Assembly (NCBI GenBank): GCA_021735655.1
Contig: JAIPGM010000002.1
Location: forward strand, 160,001 to 224,000
Reading direction: 5' to 3'
DNA: 64,000 nt
Origin: Candidatus Omnitrophota bacterium
GTDB lineage: Bacteria; Omnitrophota; Gorgyraeia; Duberdicusellales; 4484-171
How positions within the stretch are numbered: the stretch's first letter is position 1; each line of letters starts with the position of its first letter. The notes beneath the pieces were generated by a model. The model was given only the letters and a program-made list of their open reading frames with translations. It was not told the origin of the DNA and did not search any database. The position numbers and the translations under genes are program-made. This document shows, piece by piece, positions 40,795 to 49,574 of this stretch.

Positions 40795-41091
40795 ATGATT
40801 AATAAAAAGTTTCCCTTAGAAGTAATTTTAGAAAAGAGTCAGGAAATGATTTATTTTTCGCAGTTAGACTTAATTCATCTCCTGGAGCGAGCTTTGAGGA
40901 GGACTAGATTACCACTTTATTTCACTCAAGGCTTTAGTCCAAGAGTTAAGATAAGTTTTAAAAGTGGTTTAAAACTAGGTTTAGCCGGTAGAATAACAAC
41001 CATTTTTTATTTCACTGAAGACATTCCTTTTGTAGTTTTAAAAGAGAATCTCCAGCCACAGTTACCTCAAGGATTAGTAATAATAAAATAA
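40795..41091 (+). CDS. DUF2344-like (radical-SAM-linked, TIGR03936-type) short protein
   Basis: 98 aa. SQLDLIHLLERALRRTRLPLYFTQGFSPRVKISF matches the DUF2344 N-terminal signature (..HLDL..ERA.RRA.LP...EGFHPRPKISF). Only the N-terminal half appears present. Confidence 0.5.
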   Translation: MINKKFPLEVILEKSQEMIYFSQLDLIHLLERALRRTRLPLYFTQGFSPRVKISFKSGLKLGLAGRITTIFYFTEDIPFVVLKENLQPQLPQGLVIIK

Positions 41092-41095
41092 GGAT

Positions 41096-41560
41096 CTAGC
41101 GAACAAGGAAAGTGCTTTTGATACTTGTAGCCTTAAAAAATTCCTTAGTGAAATTTTTAGCTAATTCGTGGTCATACTTTTTGCAGGAAAAAATATTAAT
41201 ATAGGACTTTTGCCAATGTTCGGAAAAATGCCCGGTAATTGAGCTAGTTTCGATAAATTGTAGCAAGGAATAGCCTTTGGTGAAGGGTTTATCTAGACCA
41301 AAATAAGGCAGCTGAGCTTTACCGTACTTCTTCATTTTAATCAACTTACATAAGGTATTAACATATTCGGTAAGCTTCTTTTTTGAACTCATGATTGATA
41401 AGTCACATCCTGAAAGATCGAGGATTAATTCGTAACCAAAGATTGGTTTTTTAATTTTGGAGGAAGAAAGAGTAGTGTCGTTGGTCGAAAGGGGCCTGCT
41501 GGCAAGGCCAACCCCAGAGTAATTTTCTTGACTGCTAATCAGGTAGTGTTTGGTTCCCAT
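41096..41560 (-). CDS. Pyruvoyl-dependent AdoMetDC-fold protein (SpeH/SpeD-like proenzyme); possibly a neofunctionalised ornithine/arginine decarboxylase
   Basis: 154 aa. LLQFIETSSITGHFSEH...YINIFSCKKYD aligns with Bacillus SpeD [29 protein letters not shown], giving an E-S autoprocessing site at ETSS. Downstream and co-oriented with CASDC/CASDH. Confidence 0.65.
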   Translation of the reverse strand: MGTKHYLISSQENYSGVGLASRPLSTNDTTLSSSKIKKPIFGYELILDLSGCDLSIMSSKKKLTEYVNTLCKLIKMKKYGKAQLPYFGLDKPFTKGYSLLQFIETSSITGHFSEHWQKSYINIFSCKKYDHELAKNFTKEFFKATSIKSTFLVR

Positions 41561-41757
41561 CCCCTTTAAGTATTTCTTTTTGATATAACATAAAAACTAA
41601 ACGCCTTAGTGAACTATCTTTTTATATCATAAATTTTATCGCTTGGCAAGATTTTTTTTCACTTTTTTTAATGAGACTTACCCAGAACCAGAACGAAGTT
41701 CAGTTCTGGGTTTAGTCGAATTAATCCCGAGGAGCGAAGCGACGAGGGATAACCGTT

Positions 41758-42990
41758 TTATTCCGCTTTAACCGGGCTTTCTTCTCGTATCTTTGTTGGC
41801 AATCCAATCTTGTTTAACAAATCAATAAATGGATCAGGGTTTAACTCTTCGACATTTACCATTGTTTTTATATCCCAAATGCCTTGAGCAATCAGCATGG
41901 CCGTGGCAACTGGGGGGACTCCAGCAGTGTAGGAAATAGCTTGAGACTCAACTTCCTTATAACATTCGGCGTGGTCACAGTTGTTATAAATAAAAATTTC
42001 CTTGTCTTTGCCGTCTTTTTTTCCTTTAATTAGATTTCCGATACAGGTTTTTCCGGTGTAGTTAGGTGCAAGTGATAAGGGATCTGGCAAAACGGCCTTT
42101 AATACTTTTAATGGCACCACTTCGACTCCTTCTGCGGTTGTGACCGGTTTCACTGAGGTTAAACCCAATCTAGTGAGGACAGTAAAGATATTGATATAAT
42201 GGTCGCTAAAACCCATCCAGAAGCGGATACTATTAGCATCGATATTCTTTGACAATGAATGGATTTCGTCGTGACCGCTTAAGTAAATAGTTTGTTTTCC
42301 AACTTCCGGAAAATCATAGGTTTTTTTAACTGAGTGGACAGGTAGACATTCCCATTTTCGGTCAATCCAGGTCCAGACTTTTATAAATTCACGAAGGTTT
42401 ATCTCCGGATCAAAGTTGGTAGCAAAATATTTTCCGTGGTCTCCGGCATTAACATCCATCATATCAATAGTGTCGATTGTGTCAAAGTGGTGCTTTACAG
42501 CATAGGCGCAGTAGGCGTTGACCACTCCTGGATCAAAGCCTGCTCCGAGGATTGCGGTGATTTGTTTTTCCGAGCATTCATCCTTTCGTTTCCATTCATA
42601 ATTAGCGTACCAAGGTGGATTCTCGCAAACCTTATTTGGATCTTCATATATGGCAGTGTCTATATAGGATACGCCAGCCTGGATGCAAGATTCAAGCAGT
42701 GCTTTATTTATATAGGTGGTGGCAAGGTTAATTATTATTTCTGAATTAGTTTCTTTAATTAGTTTTACCGTAGCCGAAACATCATAGGCATCTATTTGAC
42801 GAGAGTGAAGTTTTTTGCTTTTATCTTTTAGGCTATTTTTTCTTTTAATGCTTTCTATGATTTTTTCACACTTATCTTGTGTGCGAGATGCAATACAAAT
42901 ATCACCTAAAATATCGTTATTTTGAGCGCACTTATGCGCAGCTACATGGGCAACTCCACCAGCACCGACAATCATTACGTTTTTTTTCAT
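41758..42990 (-). CDS. Carboxynorspermidine/carboxyspermidine dehydrogenase (saccharopine dehydrogenase family)
   Basis: 410 aa. N-terminal Rossmann VMIVGAGGVAHVAAHKCAQ.., and LGAGFDPGVVNAYCAYA..NAGDHG..ATNFDPEINLRE aligns closely to Vibrio CANSDH. Confidence 0.85.
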   Translation of the reverse strand: MKKNVMIVGAGGVAHVAAHKCAQNNDILGDICIASRTQDKCEKIIESIKRKNSLKDKSKKLHSRQIDAYDVSATVKLIKETNSEIIINLATTYINKALLESCIQAGVSYIDTAIYEDPNKVCENPPWYANYEWKRKDECSEKQITAILGAGFDPGVVNAYCAYAVKHHFDTIDTIDMMDVNAGDHGKYFATNFDPEINLREFIKVWTWIDRKWECLPVHSVKKTYDFPEVGKQTIYLSGHDEIHSLSKNIDANSIRFWMGFSDHYINIFTVLTRLGLTSVKPVTTAEGVEVVPLKVLKAVLPDPLSLAPNYTGKTCIGNLIKGKKDGKDKEIFIYNNCDHAECYKEVESQAISYTAGVPPVATAMLIAQGIWDIKTMVNVEELNPDPFIDLLNKIGLPTKIREESPVKAE

Positions 42991-43026
42991 CGTAGTATTC
43001 TCCTTGTTTATTGCTTTATTTTTAAG

Positions 43027-44130
43027 CTATGACAGATTGTTTAAAAAGTCTTTATATTCAAAATGACGAACGACCTTTAAACCCCCGGTTTTCTTTTTTA
43101 TGACGATTGATGGCATTGGTAATCCATTAAACCAGTTTTTTTTAACCATGGTATATCCGGCAACATCATTAATTTTAATTATGCTGCCTATCTTTAATCG
43201 AGATTTAAATTTATAGGTTCCAAATATATCTCCGGCTAAACAGGAGCGACCAGCAATCATATATTCAAATTGTCCCTTAGCGGAAGTTTTAATTTTAGCC
43301 TCGGTTCGATAAACTAAAAGATCCAATAAATGCGCTTCGATTGAGGAGTCGACAATGGCAATATTTAGCTTGTTATGGACTATATCCAGTACGCTGGTTA
43401 TTAGTTCGGCTGACTGAGTGATAACCGCTTCTCCAGGTTCCAAATAAATTTGGACCGCAAATTTATCGCTAAAGTTCTTTAGTAATCTCGAAAATTTATC
43501 TACCGGATAACCGGGCTTGGTAAAGTATATTCCGCCGCCTAAGCTTACCCAGCTTACTTTATGCAATAAATCTCGGTAGTTTCGGGCGATAATATTTAGA
43601 TTGTTAGAAAAATTTTTAAAATTATCATTTTCGCAGTTAAAATGAAACATGAGGCCGCTTATTAAATGAACTACGTTTTGAACAGCTTTTTTGTCAACCA
43701 CACCAAGACGTGAGTACTTACGAGCCGGATTGGCTAAATCAAAGTGTGAATAACTGATTTCGGGGTTAATTCTTAAACCAATTTTTAAACCAGAGGTGTT
43801 CCCATGGAATTTTTTTAGTTGCCCGATTGAATTAAAAATAATCTTATCGGCATAGCGACGAATAGTTTTTATTTCCTTTTCAGAGAAAGCAACACTGTAA
43901 ATTTGGACTTCTTTTTGAAACTTTTCGTATCCTAGGCGAGCTTCGTGGAGAGAGCTGCTGGTCGTACCATCAAGGTATTTTTTCATTAAACCAAAGACGC
44001 TCCAGGTAGAAAAACACTTTAAAGCTAAAACGAACTTTGCTCCAGAAGATTTTTTAATCCGTTCGATTAGCTTGAGGTTTTTTAATAATTTATCCTCGTG
44101 AATTAAATAATAAGGGGTTGCTAGTTTCAT
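43027..44130 (-). CDS. nspC: Carboxynorspermidine/carboxyspermidine decarboxylase (PLP, alanine-racemase fold)
   Basis: 367 aa. MKLATPYYLIHEDKLLKNL..SGAKFVLALKCFSTWSVFGLM..DGTTSSSLHEARLG..ADKIIFNSIGQL is near-collinear with Vibrio NspC. Confidence 0.85.
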   Translation of the reverse strand: MKLATPYYLIHEDKLLKNLKLIERIKKSSGAKFVLALKCFSTWSVFGLMKKYLDGTTSSSLHEARLGYEKFQKEVQIYSVAFSEKEIKTIRRYADKIIFNSIGQLKKFHGNTSGLKIGLRINPEISYSHFDLANPARKYSRLGVVDKKAVQNVVHLISGLMFHFNCENDNFKNFSNNLNIIARNYRDLLHKVSWVSLGGGIYFTKPGYPVDKFSRLLKNFSDKFAVQIYLEPGEAVITQSAELITSVLDIVHNKLNIAIVDSSIEAHLLDLLVYRTEAKIKTSAKGQFEYMIAGRSCLAGDIFGTYKFKSRLKIGSIIKINDVAGYTMVKKNWFNGLPMPSIVIKKKTGGLKVVRHFEYKDFLNNLS

Positions 44131-44254
44131 ATTTTATTTAAATTTGGTCTATATTAACAATATTTAATTATTCTGGCAAGCCTTTTATTGAACTTTCCTT
44201 TTTGCTTGTTAACCGAGACAATTTCTGTTAAAATCGATTACTAATTTGAATATT

Positions 44255-44327
44255 GCCGAGATAGCTCAGTTGGCAGAGCAGGGGCTTCGTAAGTCTCAGG
44301 TCGAGAGTTCGAATCTCTCTCTCGGCT
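44255..44327 (+). tRNA. tRNA-Thr (anticodon CGU)
   Basis: Cloverleaf read by eye: acceptor GCCGAGA/TCTCGGC, D-arm GCTC-AGTTGGCA-GAGC, anticodon loop TTCGTAA, T-arm GAGAG-TTCGAAT-CTCTC. No encoded CCA. Confidence 0.85.
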
Positions 44328-44349
44328 TAGAATAAGGAAGATCACTTTA

Positions 44350-45597
44350 ATGCGGTACTTAAAAATACTCAAGAAACGGAATTTTTTCCTTCTTTGGTTT
44401 GGCCAAATAATTTCTCAATTTGGCGATCGGCTCACTCAGATTGCTCTGGTTGGTTTAGTATCGGCGGCTTCAAAATCTTCGGCCCAGTTGGCGGTTGTAA
44501 TGAGCATGGCGATTGTGCCAGTTTTTATTATTTCACCAATATCTGGTGTGTATATTGACCGTTGGGATAAGCGTAAAACACTCTACCTTTGCGATTCAAT
44601 AAGGGTTATTCTTATGTTGTTAATACCGTTTGTTTTCCTTAAATCGCATTCACTTATTCCGATATATGCTTTAATTTTCCTTTCTTTTAGTGCTGGTCGG
44701 TTTTTCATTCCGGCTAAGATGGCCTTCTTACCCCGAGTGGTTGAAAAAAAAGATATATTTATGGCTAACTCATTAATATCTAATACCGCAACCATTGCTG
44801 CCGTATTAGGAATTGGTTTGGGTGGGGTATTGGTCGAAAGATATGGGCTAGTCGTTGGCTTTAATCTCGACGCGGCAACTTTTTTTATTTCGGGTATGTC
44901 AATTTTTTTAATTTCGGTTCAAGGCAAAGGTGAGTTCTTAGCTAAAGACATTTTAGATATTGGAAAAAATGTTGTCGCTAGCGTAAAGAAATCATTTTTG
45001 TATGAATTAAAAGAAGGGATTGGCTATATTTTTAAATCAAAAGAAACAAAGTACGCTTTTAAAATATTTTTCTTTCTTTTTTCATATATCGGAGCTTTGT
45101 ACGTCGTGTTCATTCGATTTATTCAAAATACCTTATCTTCAGTTACCAAGGATGTAGGCTTTGCTGCAGTTGGTTTAGGGGCAGGAATTTTTTTGGGAAC
45201 CTTAGCTTATGGTCGAATTGCCCATAAGTTTTCAATTAAAAAAGTTATTAACTGGTCAGTATTGCTTTCATCTTTTTTTATTGTATTTTTTGCAGTATTC
45301 TTAAGGGGATATCCCTATACTATTTGTTTAATTTTGCTGGCTTTCGGGCTAGGAATTATGATTTCTCCGGCTTTTGTTGGGGTCAATGCTTTAATTCATC
45401 GAGAGAGTGACGAGAATCTGCTAGGCAGAATTTTTAGCGGCTTAGAGTTTACTTCCCATTTAGGATTTTTAGTTGCAATGCTTTGTGCTTCAATACTAGC
45501 TGATATTATGACTCCCTTTACAATTGTAGTTTCGGTCGGTATAATCGGATCATTTTTTTCCTTATGTTTTATTTTTTGTGATGATTACAGTAGCTGA
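44350..45597 (+). CDS. MFS transporter
   Basis: 415 aa, 12 predicted TM helices, MFS motif-A-like GDRLTQIA / DRWDKRK loop. Confidence 0.7.
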   Translation: MRYLKILKKRNFFLLWFGQIISQFGDRLTQIALVGLVSAASKSSAQLAVVMSMAIVPVFIISPISGVYIDRWDKRKTLYLCDSIRVILMLLIPFVFLKSHSLIPIYALIFLSFSAGRFFIPAKMAFLPRVVEKKDIFMANSLISNTATIAAVLGIGLGGVLVERYGLVVGFNLDAATFFISGMSIFLISVQGKGEFLAKDILDIGKNVVASVKKSFLYELKEGIGYIFKSKETKYAFKIFFFLFSYIGALYVVFIRFIQNTLSSVTKDVGFAAVGLGAGIFLGTLAYGRIAHKFSIKKVINWSVLLSSFFIVFFAVFLRGYPYTICLILLAFGLGIMISPAFVGVNALIHRESDENLLGRIFSGLEFTSHLGFLVAMLCASILADIMTPFTIVVSVGIIGSFFSLCFIFCDDYSS

Positions 45598-46867
45598 ATG
45601 TAAAAAACCTCAGTCTAAGCTTCGAAGCGAAAAATTTTTGACTCCAAAGAAGCTCTATCTACCACTTTCTCAACATACCGGAAAACCTTCCAGTTGTTGT
45701 GTTAAGGTTGGTGATTTTATTGAAGAGTCGCAAGTAATCGCCAATCAAGATGGCTACATCTCTTCCTATTTGCATGCCCCAGCTAGTGGCAAGGTAATAG
45801 CAATTAATGCTTGGAACAATCCGGTTTTAGGGAGATCTGAAGCAATTATTTTAGAACCACAAGGAGTTAGTAAAAAATATTTACCGAGAGAGGGCATTGA
45901 GAACCTTACTAAGGAAAAGCTTATTGAAATTATTGCTGCTAGCGGTATCGTTGGCATGGGTGGAGCAGCCTTTCCTACTCAAGTTAAACTCAAAAGTCCC
46001 AAACCGATCGACACCTTAATTATTAACGGCTGTGAATGCGAACCTTATCTCACTACCGATCATCGTTTAATGGTTGAGAATTTAAAAGAAATCTTTCTCG
46101 GTATCGAAATTATTTGCCGGATAATTAAACCCAAAGTGGTAATTTTTGCTGTCGAAGAAAACAAATCGGATGCAATAAAGCAGATAAATCTATTAATACA
46201 TACGAAGAAGTTTTCCTTGCTAGCAGCTCGCACAGCGGTTTTGCCTTCTTATTATCCCCAGGGCGGCGAAAAGCAATTAATTTACAGTACTACTAGACGT
46301 AAGGTTCCTGGCGGAAAGTTGCCTTTGGATCTTGGCTGTTTGGTGCATAATGTTGCAACCTGTTTTGCTATTTACGAAGCAGTTTATTATAGTAAGCCCT
46401 TAATCGAGCGTTTAGTGAGTTTTTGTGGCGAGGCCTTGACTGCCCCAAAAAACATTTGGGTTAAAATCGGAACTTCACTCAAAGAACTGTTTGACCAAAA
46501 AATTATAGAATTTAGAACTGAACCGGAGAAGATAATTTCCGGAGGCCCAATGATGGGGACGAGTTTGGACAGTTTGGATTACCCAATCCTTAAATCAACT
46601 GGAGGGTTTTTGTTTCTAACTAAAGGGCCAAAAGAACTGACAGAAGGTTCTTGTTTGCGTTGTGCGCGTTGTGTCGACGCTTGTCCGATGGAACTTTTAC
46701 CTTTAGAGTACTATAAACGAGCAAAAAAAGGCGAGTATCAGGATTTAAGCACTTTTAATATAAATGATTGCATTGAATGCGGTTGCTGTGCTTTTAGCTG
46801 TCCGGCTAAAATTCCGCTTGTGCATTATATAAAAGCAGGAAAACGTTATGCCCCTAAAAATAAGTAG
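45578..46867 (+). CDS. rnfC: Rnf complex subunit C (NADH-binding, Fe-S)
   Basis: 429 aa. RnfC barrel-sandwich N-terminus, SGIVGMGGAAFPT, and two 4Fe-4S motifs CLRCARCVDACP / CIECGCCAFSCP. Confidence 0.85.
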   Translation: MMITVAECKKPQSKLRSEKFLTPKKLYLPLSQHTGKPSSCCVKVGDFIEESQVIANQDGYISSYLHAPASGKVIAINAWNNPVLGRSEAIILEPQGVSKKYLPREGIENLTKEKLIEIIAASGIVGMGGAAFPTQVKLKSPKPIDTLIINGCECEPYLTTDHRLMVENLKEIFLGIEIICRIIKPKVVIFAVEENKSDAIKQINLLIHTKKFSLLAARTAVLPSYYPQGGEKQLIYSTTRRKVPGGKLPLDLGCLVHNVATCFAIYEAVYYSKPLIERLVSFCGEALTAPKNIWVKIGTSLKELFDQKIIEFRTEPEKIISGGPMMGTSLDSLDYPILKSTGGFLFLTKGPKELTEGSCLRCARCVDACPMELLPLEYYKRAKKGEYQDLSTFNINDCIECGCCAFSCPAKIPLVHYIKAGKRYAPKNK

Positions 46868-47798
46868 TTCACCACATTTTTTATCAAAAGTCGATACTCA
46901 GCATTTAATGACTCAAGTGCTTGTAGGCTTAATCCCGGTAATTTGCGCTTCAGTATACTTTTTCGGCCTAAGGGCAGGATTGCTTATTTTGAACTGTATG
47001 GTGACCGCAATAGCCACTGAGGCGGTTATTCTATACTTACGTAAGAAAGCTTTAGCGATAACTGATGGTAGTGCCGCAGTTACTGGGTTGCTTTTAGCCT
47101 TGATTTTGCCTCCGACGACTAAGTGGTATGCCGCTACTATGGGTTCAGTTTTTGCAATTTTTATTGGAAAACATATTTTCGGTGGCCTAGGTGCTAATAT
47201 ATTTAATCCGGCCTTAATTGCCAGGGCCTTTTTGATGGCTGCTTACCCTAAAATGCTGACCACTTTTAGCGCGCCGATTCGTTGGTTAATTGTGAAGCCT
47301 CAACAATGGGATTCTATAAGTCAAGCTACACCTTTAGTATTAAAAAAATTTAGTCAGGAAATTACACCTAATCTTGATTTATTTATTGGCAATATTTCCG
47401 GCAGCCTCGGTGAGACATCAGCTATTTGCATAATTATTGGCGGATTGTATCTTTTGATTCGAAAAATTGCTGATTGGCGAATTCCTTTGTCGCTGATTGT
47501 GACTGTGGTCATAATTTCAGAGATTGGTTTTATTTTAAGGCCAACTAACGCCGACGTGTTGTTTCATCTTTTTAGTGGAGGGTTGTTGTTGGGGGCGCTG
47601 TTTATGGCTACCGATCCAGCTACGACCCCGATTACTAAAAAAGGACGATATATTTTCGGTATAGCTTGTGGTGCATTGATTATGGTAATTCGCTATTTTG
47701 GTGGTTTACCGGAGGCGGTCATGTATTCGATTCTTTTCATGAATGCCTTGACGCCTTTAATTAATCGCTATACGCTCCCAAAGGCATTTGGAAGATGA
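46848..47798 (+). CDS. rnfD: Rnf complex subunit D
   Basis: 316 aa polytopic NqrB/RnfD-family membrane protein with FMN-attachment-like SGxxxT region (ATDPATTP). Confidence 0.85.
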   Translation: MPLKISSSPHFLSKVDTQHLMTQVLVGLIPVICASVYFFGLRAGLLILNCMVTAIATEAVILYLRKKALAITDGSAAVTGLLLALILPPTTKWYAATMGSVFAIFIGKHIFGGLGANIFNPALIARAFLMAAYPKMLTTFSAPIRWLIVKPQQWDSISQATPLVLKKFSQEITPNLDLFIGNISGSLGETSAICIIIGGLYLLIRKIADWRIPLSLIVTVVIISEIGFILRPTNADVLFHLFSGGLLLGALFMATDPATTPITKKGRYIFGIACGALIMVIRYFGGLPEAVMYSILFMNALTPLINRYTLPKAFGR

Positions 47799-48397
47799 AA
47801 GAAATAATTAAAATTATTGTAGTTTTAACTTTAGTCTGCATTATTTGTGCGTTTTTTTTAGCTTTAGTTCAAGGCTTAGCTGAGAAAAAAATTGAGTTTA
47901 ATGCTGCTAAAAGAATAAAGGACGCGATATCTAATCTTGCTCCTGGTTATTCAGATATTGAAGAAATTGTTGTAGAGGAAGATGTCATTTATAAGTTAAA
48001 AGATAAATCAGGAAAGTCAATCGGCTATGCTTTCTCAGCTCAAGGCCAAGGCTACCAGGGAAAGATAAAAATCTTAGCGGTAGCCAACCCTTCCTTGAAT
48101 CGCCTTGAGGGAATTGAAATAGTCGACTCTTTAGAGACTCCTGGTTTAGGAGCAAAGATACAGGAAGAACCTTTTAGTGGTCAGTTTAAGGGACTTAATT
48201 TAGGCGAATCAATCCAGTGTGTTAAGGGTGCTTCGACTGATGACGATAAGGTCCCGGCTGTTAGTCAAGCGACAAAAGTCTACTCAAAGAGTCAAATTGA
48301 AGCAATTACTGGAGCAACCGTTTCCTCAAGGGCAGTGGTTAATATCTTAAATGAACGTATTAAAATATTACATAAGCAGTTAAAGAAAGATAACTAG
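47795..48397 (+). CDS. rnfG: Rnf complex subunit G (FMN-binding)
   Basis: 200 aa. N-terminal TM plus FMN_bind domain with the covalent-FMN motif SGATVSS. Confidence 0.8.
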   Translation: MKEIIKIIVVLTLVCIICAFFLALVQGLAEKKIEFNAAKRIKDAISNLAPGYSDIEEIVVEEDVIYKLKDKSGKSIGYAFSAQGQGYQGKIKILAVANPSLNRLEGIEIVDSLETPGLGAKIQEEPFSGQFKGLNLGESIQCVKGASTDDDKVPAVSQATKVYSKSQIEAITGATVSSRAVVNILNERIKILHKQLKKDN

Positions 48398-48410
48398 GGT
48401 TTGTTAGAAA

Positions 48411-48992
48411 ATGAAAAAAGAATTTATTAAAGGCCTTTGGAAAGAGCATCCGGTATTTCGTCAACTTCTTGGTATGTGCCCGACCTTAGCCGTAACTACT
48501 TCGGCGATTAACGGTCTTTCTATGGGGCTGGCGGTAATTTTTGTTTTGTTTTTTTCATCCTTAGTGGTTGCTTTGATTAAAAAATTAATTCCCCATCAAG
48601 TAAGAATTGCTGTTTATACTGTGATTATTGCTACCTTTGTTACTATCGTTGATCTGTTCTTCAAGGCTCAATTTCCTGAGATTAGTCGTGCTCTCGGGCC
48701 TTATATTCCTTTAATTATTGTTAACTGCATTATTTTAGGAAGGTGTGAAGCCTTTGCTTCAAAGCACTCAGTTTCATCATCTTTATTTGATGCTTTGGGG
48801 ATGGGTTTAGGCTTTACTTGGGGGGTATTTTTGCTCGGTTCAATTCGAGAGCTATTTGGTGCCGGAACAATTCTCGGATTTCGTTTATTTCCTTTAAGCT
48901 ATAATCCGTTGATCGTAATGATTCTTCCGGCTGGAGCATTTCTAGTCCTAGGTTTTTTAGTCGCAACAATGAATAAATTAGAACAAAAATGA
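48411..48992 (+). CDS. rnfE: Rnf complex subunit E
   Basis: 193 aa RnfE/NqrD-family membrane protein (LGMCPTLAVT.., NCIILGR). Confidence 0.85.
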   Translation: MKKEFIKGLWKEHPVFRQLLGMCPTLAVTTSAINGLSMGLAVIFVLFFSSLVVALIKKLIPHQVRIAVYTVIIATFVTIVDLFFKAQFPEISRALGPYIPLIIVNCIILGRCEAFASKHSVSSSLFDALGMGLGFTWGVFLLGSIRELFGAGTILGFRLFPLSYNPLIVMILPAGAFLVLGFLVATMNKLEQK

Positions 48993-49573
48993 ACGAATTA
49001 TTATTAATTTTTATTTCAGCGATTTTAGTCAACAATTTGGTGCTTTCTTACTTTCTCGGAATTTGTCCTTTCTTGGGCGTTTCAGGAAAGGTTGAATCAG
49101 CCTTTGGGATGGGGTTGGCGGTTACTTTTGTGATGGTTTTGGCAACTAGCATTAGTTGGTTAATTTATCATTTAGTTTTAGTAAAGTTTGGATTGCTTTT
49201 TTTGCAATACGTAATCTTTATCTTAGTGATCGCATCTTTAGTTCAGATGGTCGAAATGTTTATTCGCAAATTTTCAAATTCGCTTTATCAAGCTCTAGGT
49301 ATATATTTACCATTAATCACCACTAATTGTGCCATTTTGGGTGCGGCTCTTTTTATGGTAACTAGAAACTACTCATTTTTAGAATCAGTAGTTTTTGGAT
49401 TTTCTGGTGGTTTGGGTTTTTCTTTAGTTCTTTTGGTTATGGCTGGAATTCGCCAAGAACTTGATTATGCTGATATTCCTGAGGTATTTAAAGGTGCACC
49501 AATAACTTTAATTATTGCTGGTTTACTAGCATTAATTTTTATGGGATTTTCTGGTTTGTTTAGCAGTATATAA
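48989..49573 (+). CDS. rnfA: Rnf complex subunit A
   Basis: 194 aa RnfA/NqrE-family membrane protein (LGICPFLGVS.., NCAILG). Confidence 0.85.
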   Translation: MNELLLIFISAILVNNLVLSYFLGICPFLGVSGKVESAFGMGLAVTFVMVLATSISWLIYHLVLVKFGLLFLQYVIFILVIASLVQMVEMFIRKFSNSLYQALGIYLPLITTNCAILGAALFMVTRNYSFLESVVFGFSGGLGFSLVLLVMAGIRQELDYADIPEVFKGAPITLIIAGLLALIFMGFSGLFSSI

Positions 49574-49574
49574 A

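Noticed and set aside
40550-40798. 82-aa + strand ORF in an alternative frame within the radical-SAM gene
   Set aside because: It is fully embedded in a longer conserved CDS in a different frame, with no RBS. Spurious.
44131-44349. tRNA-Thr next to the - strand polyamine cluster as a possible genomic-island integration site
   Set aside because: No integrase, no direct repeat of the tRNA 3' end, and no obvious compositional shift were seen. The polyamine genes are housekeeping-type. There is no support for a mobile island.
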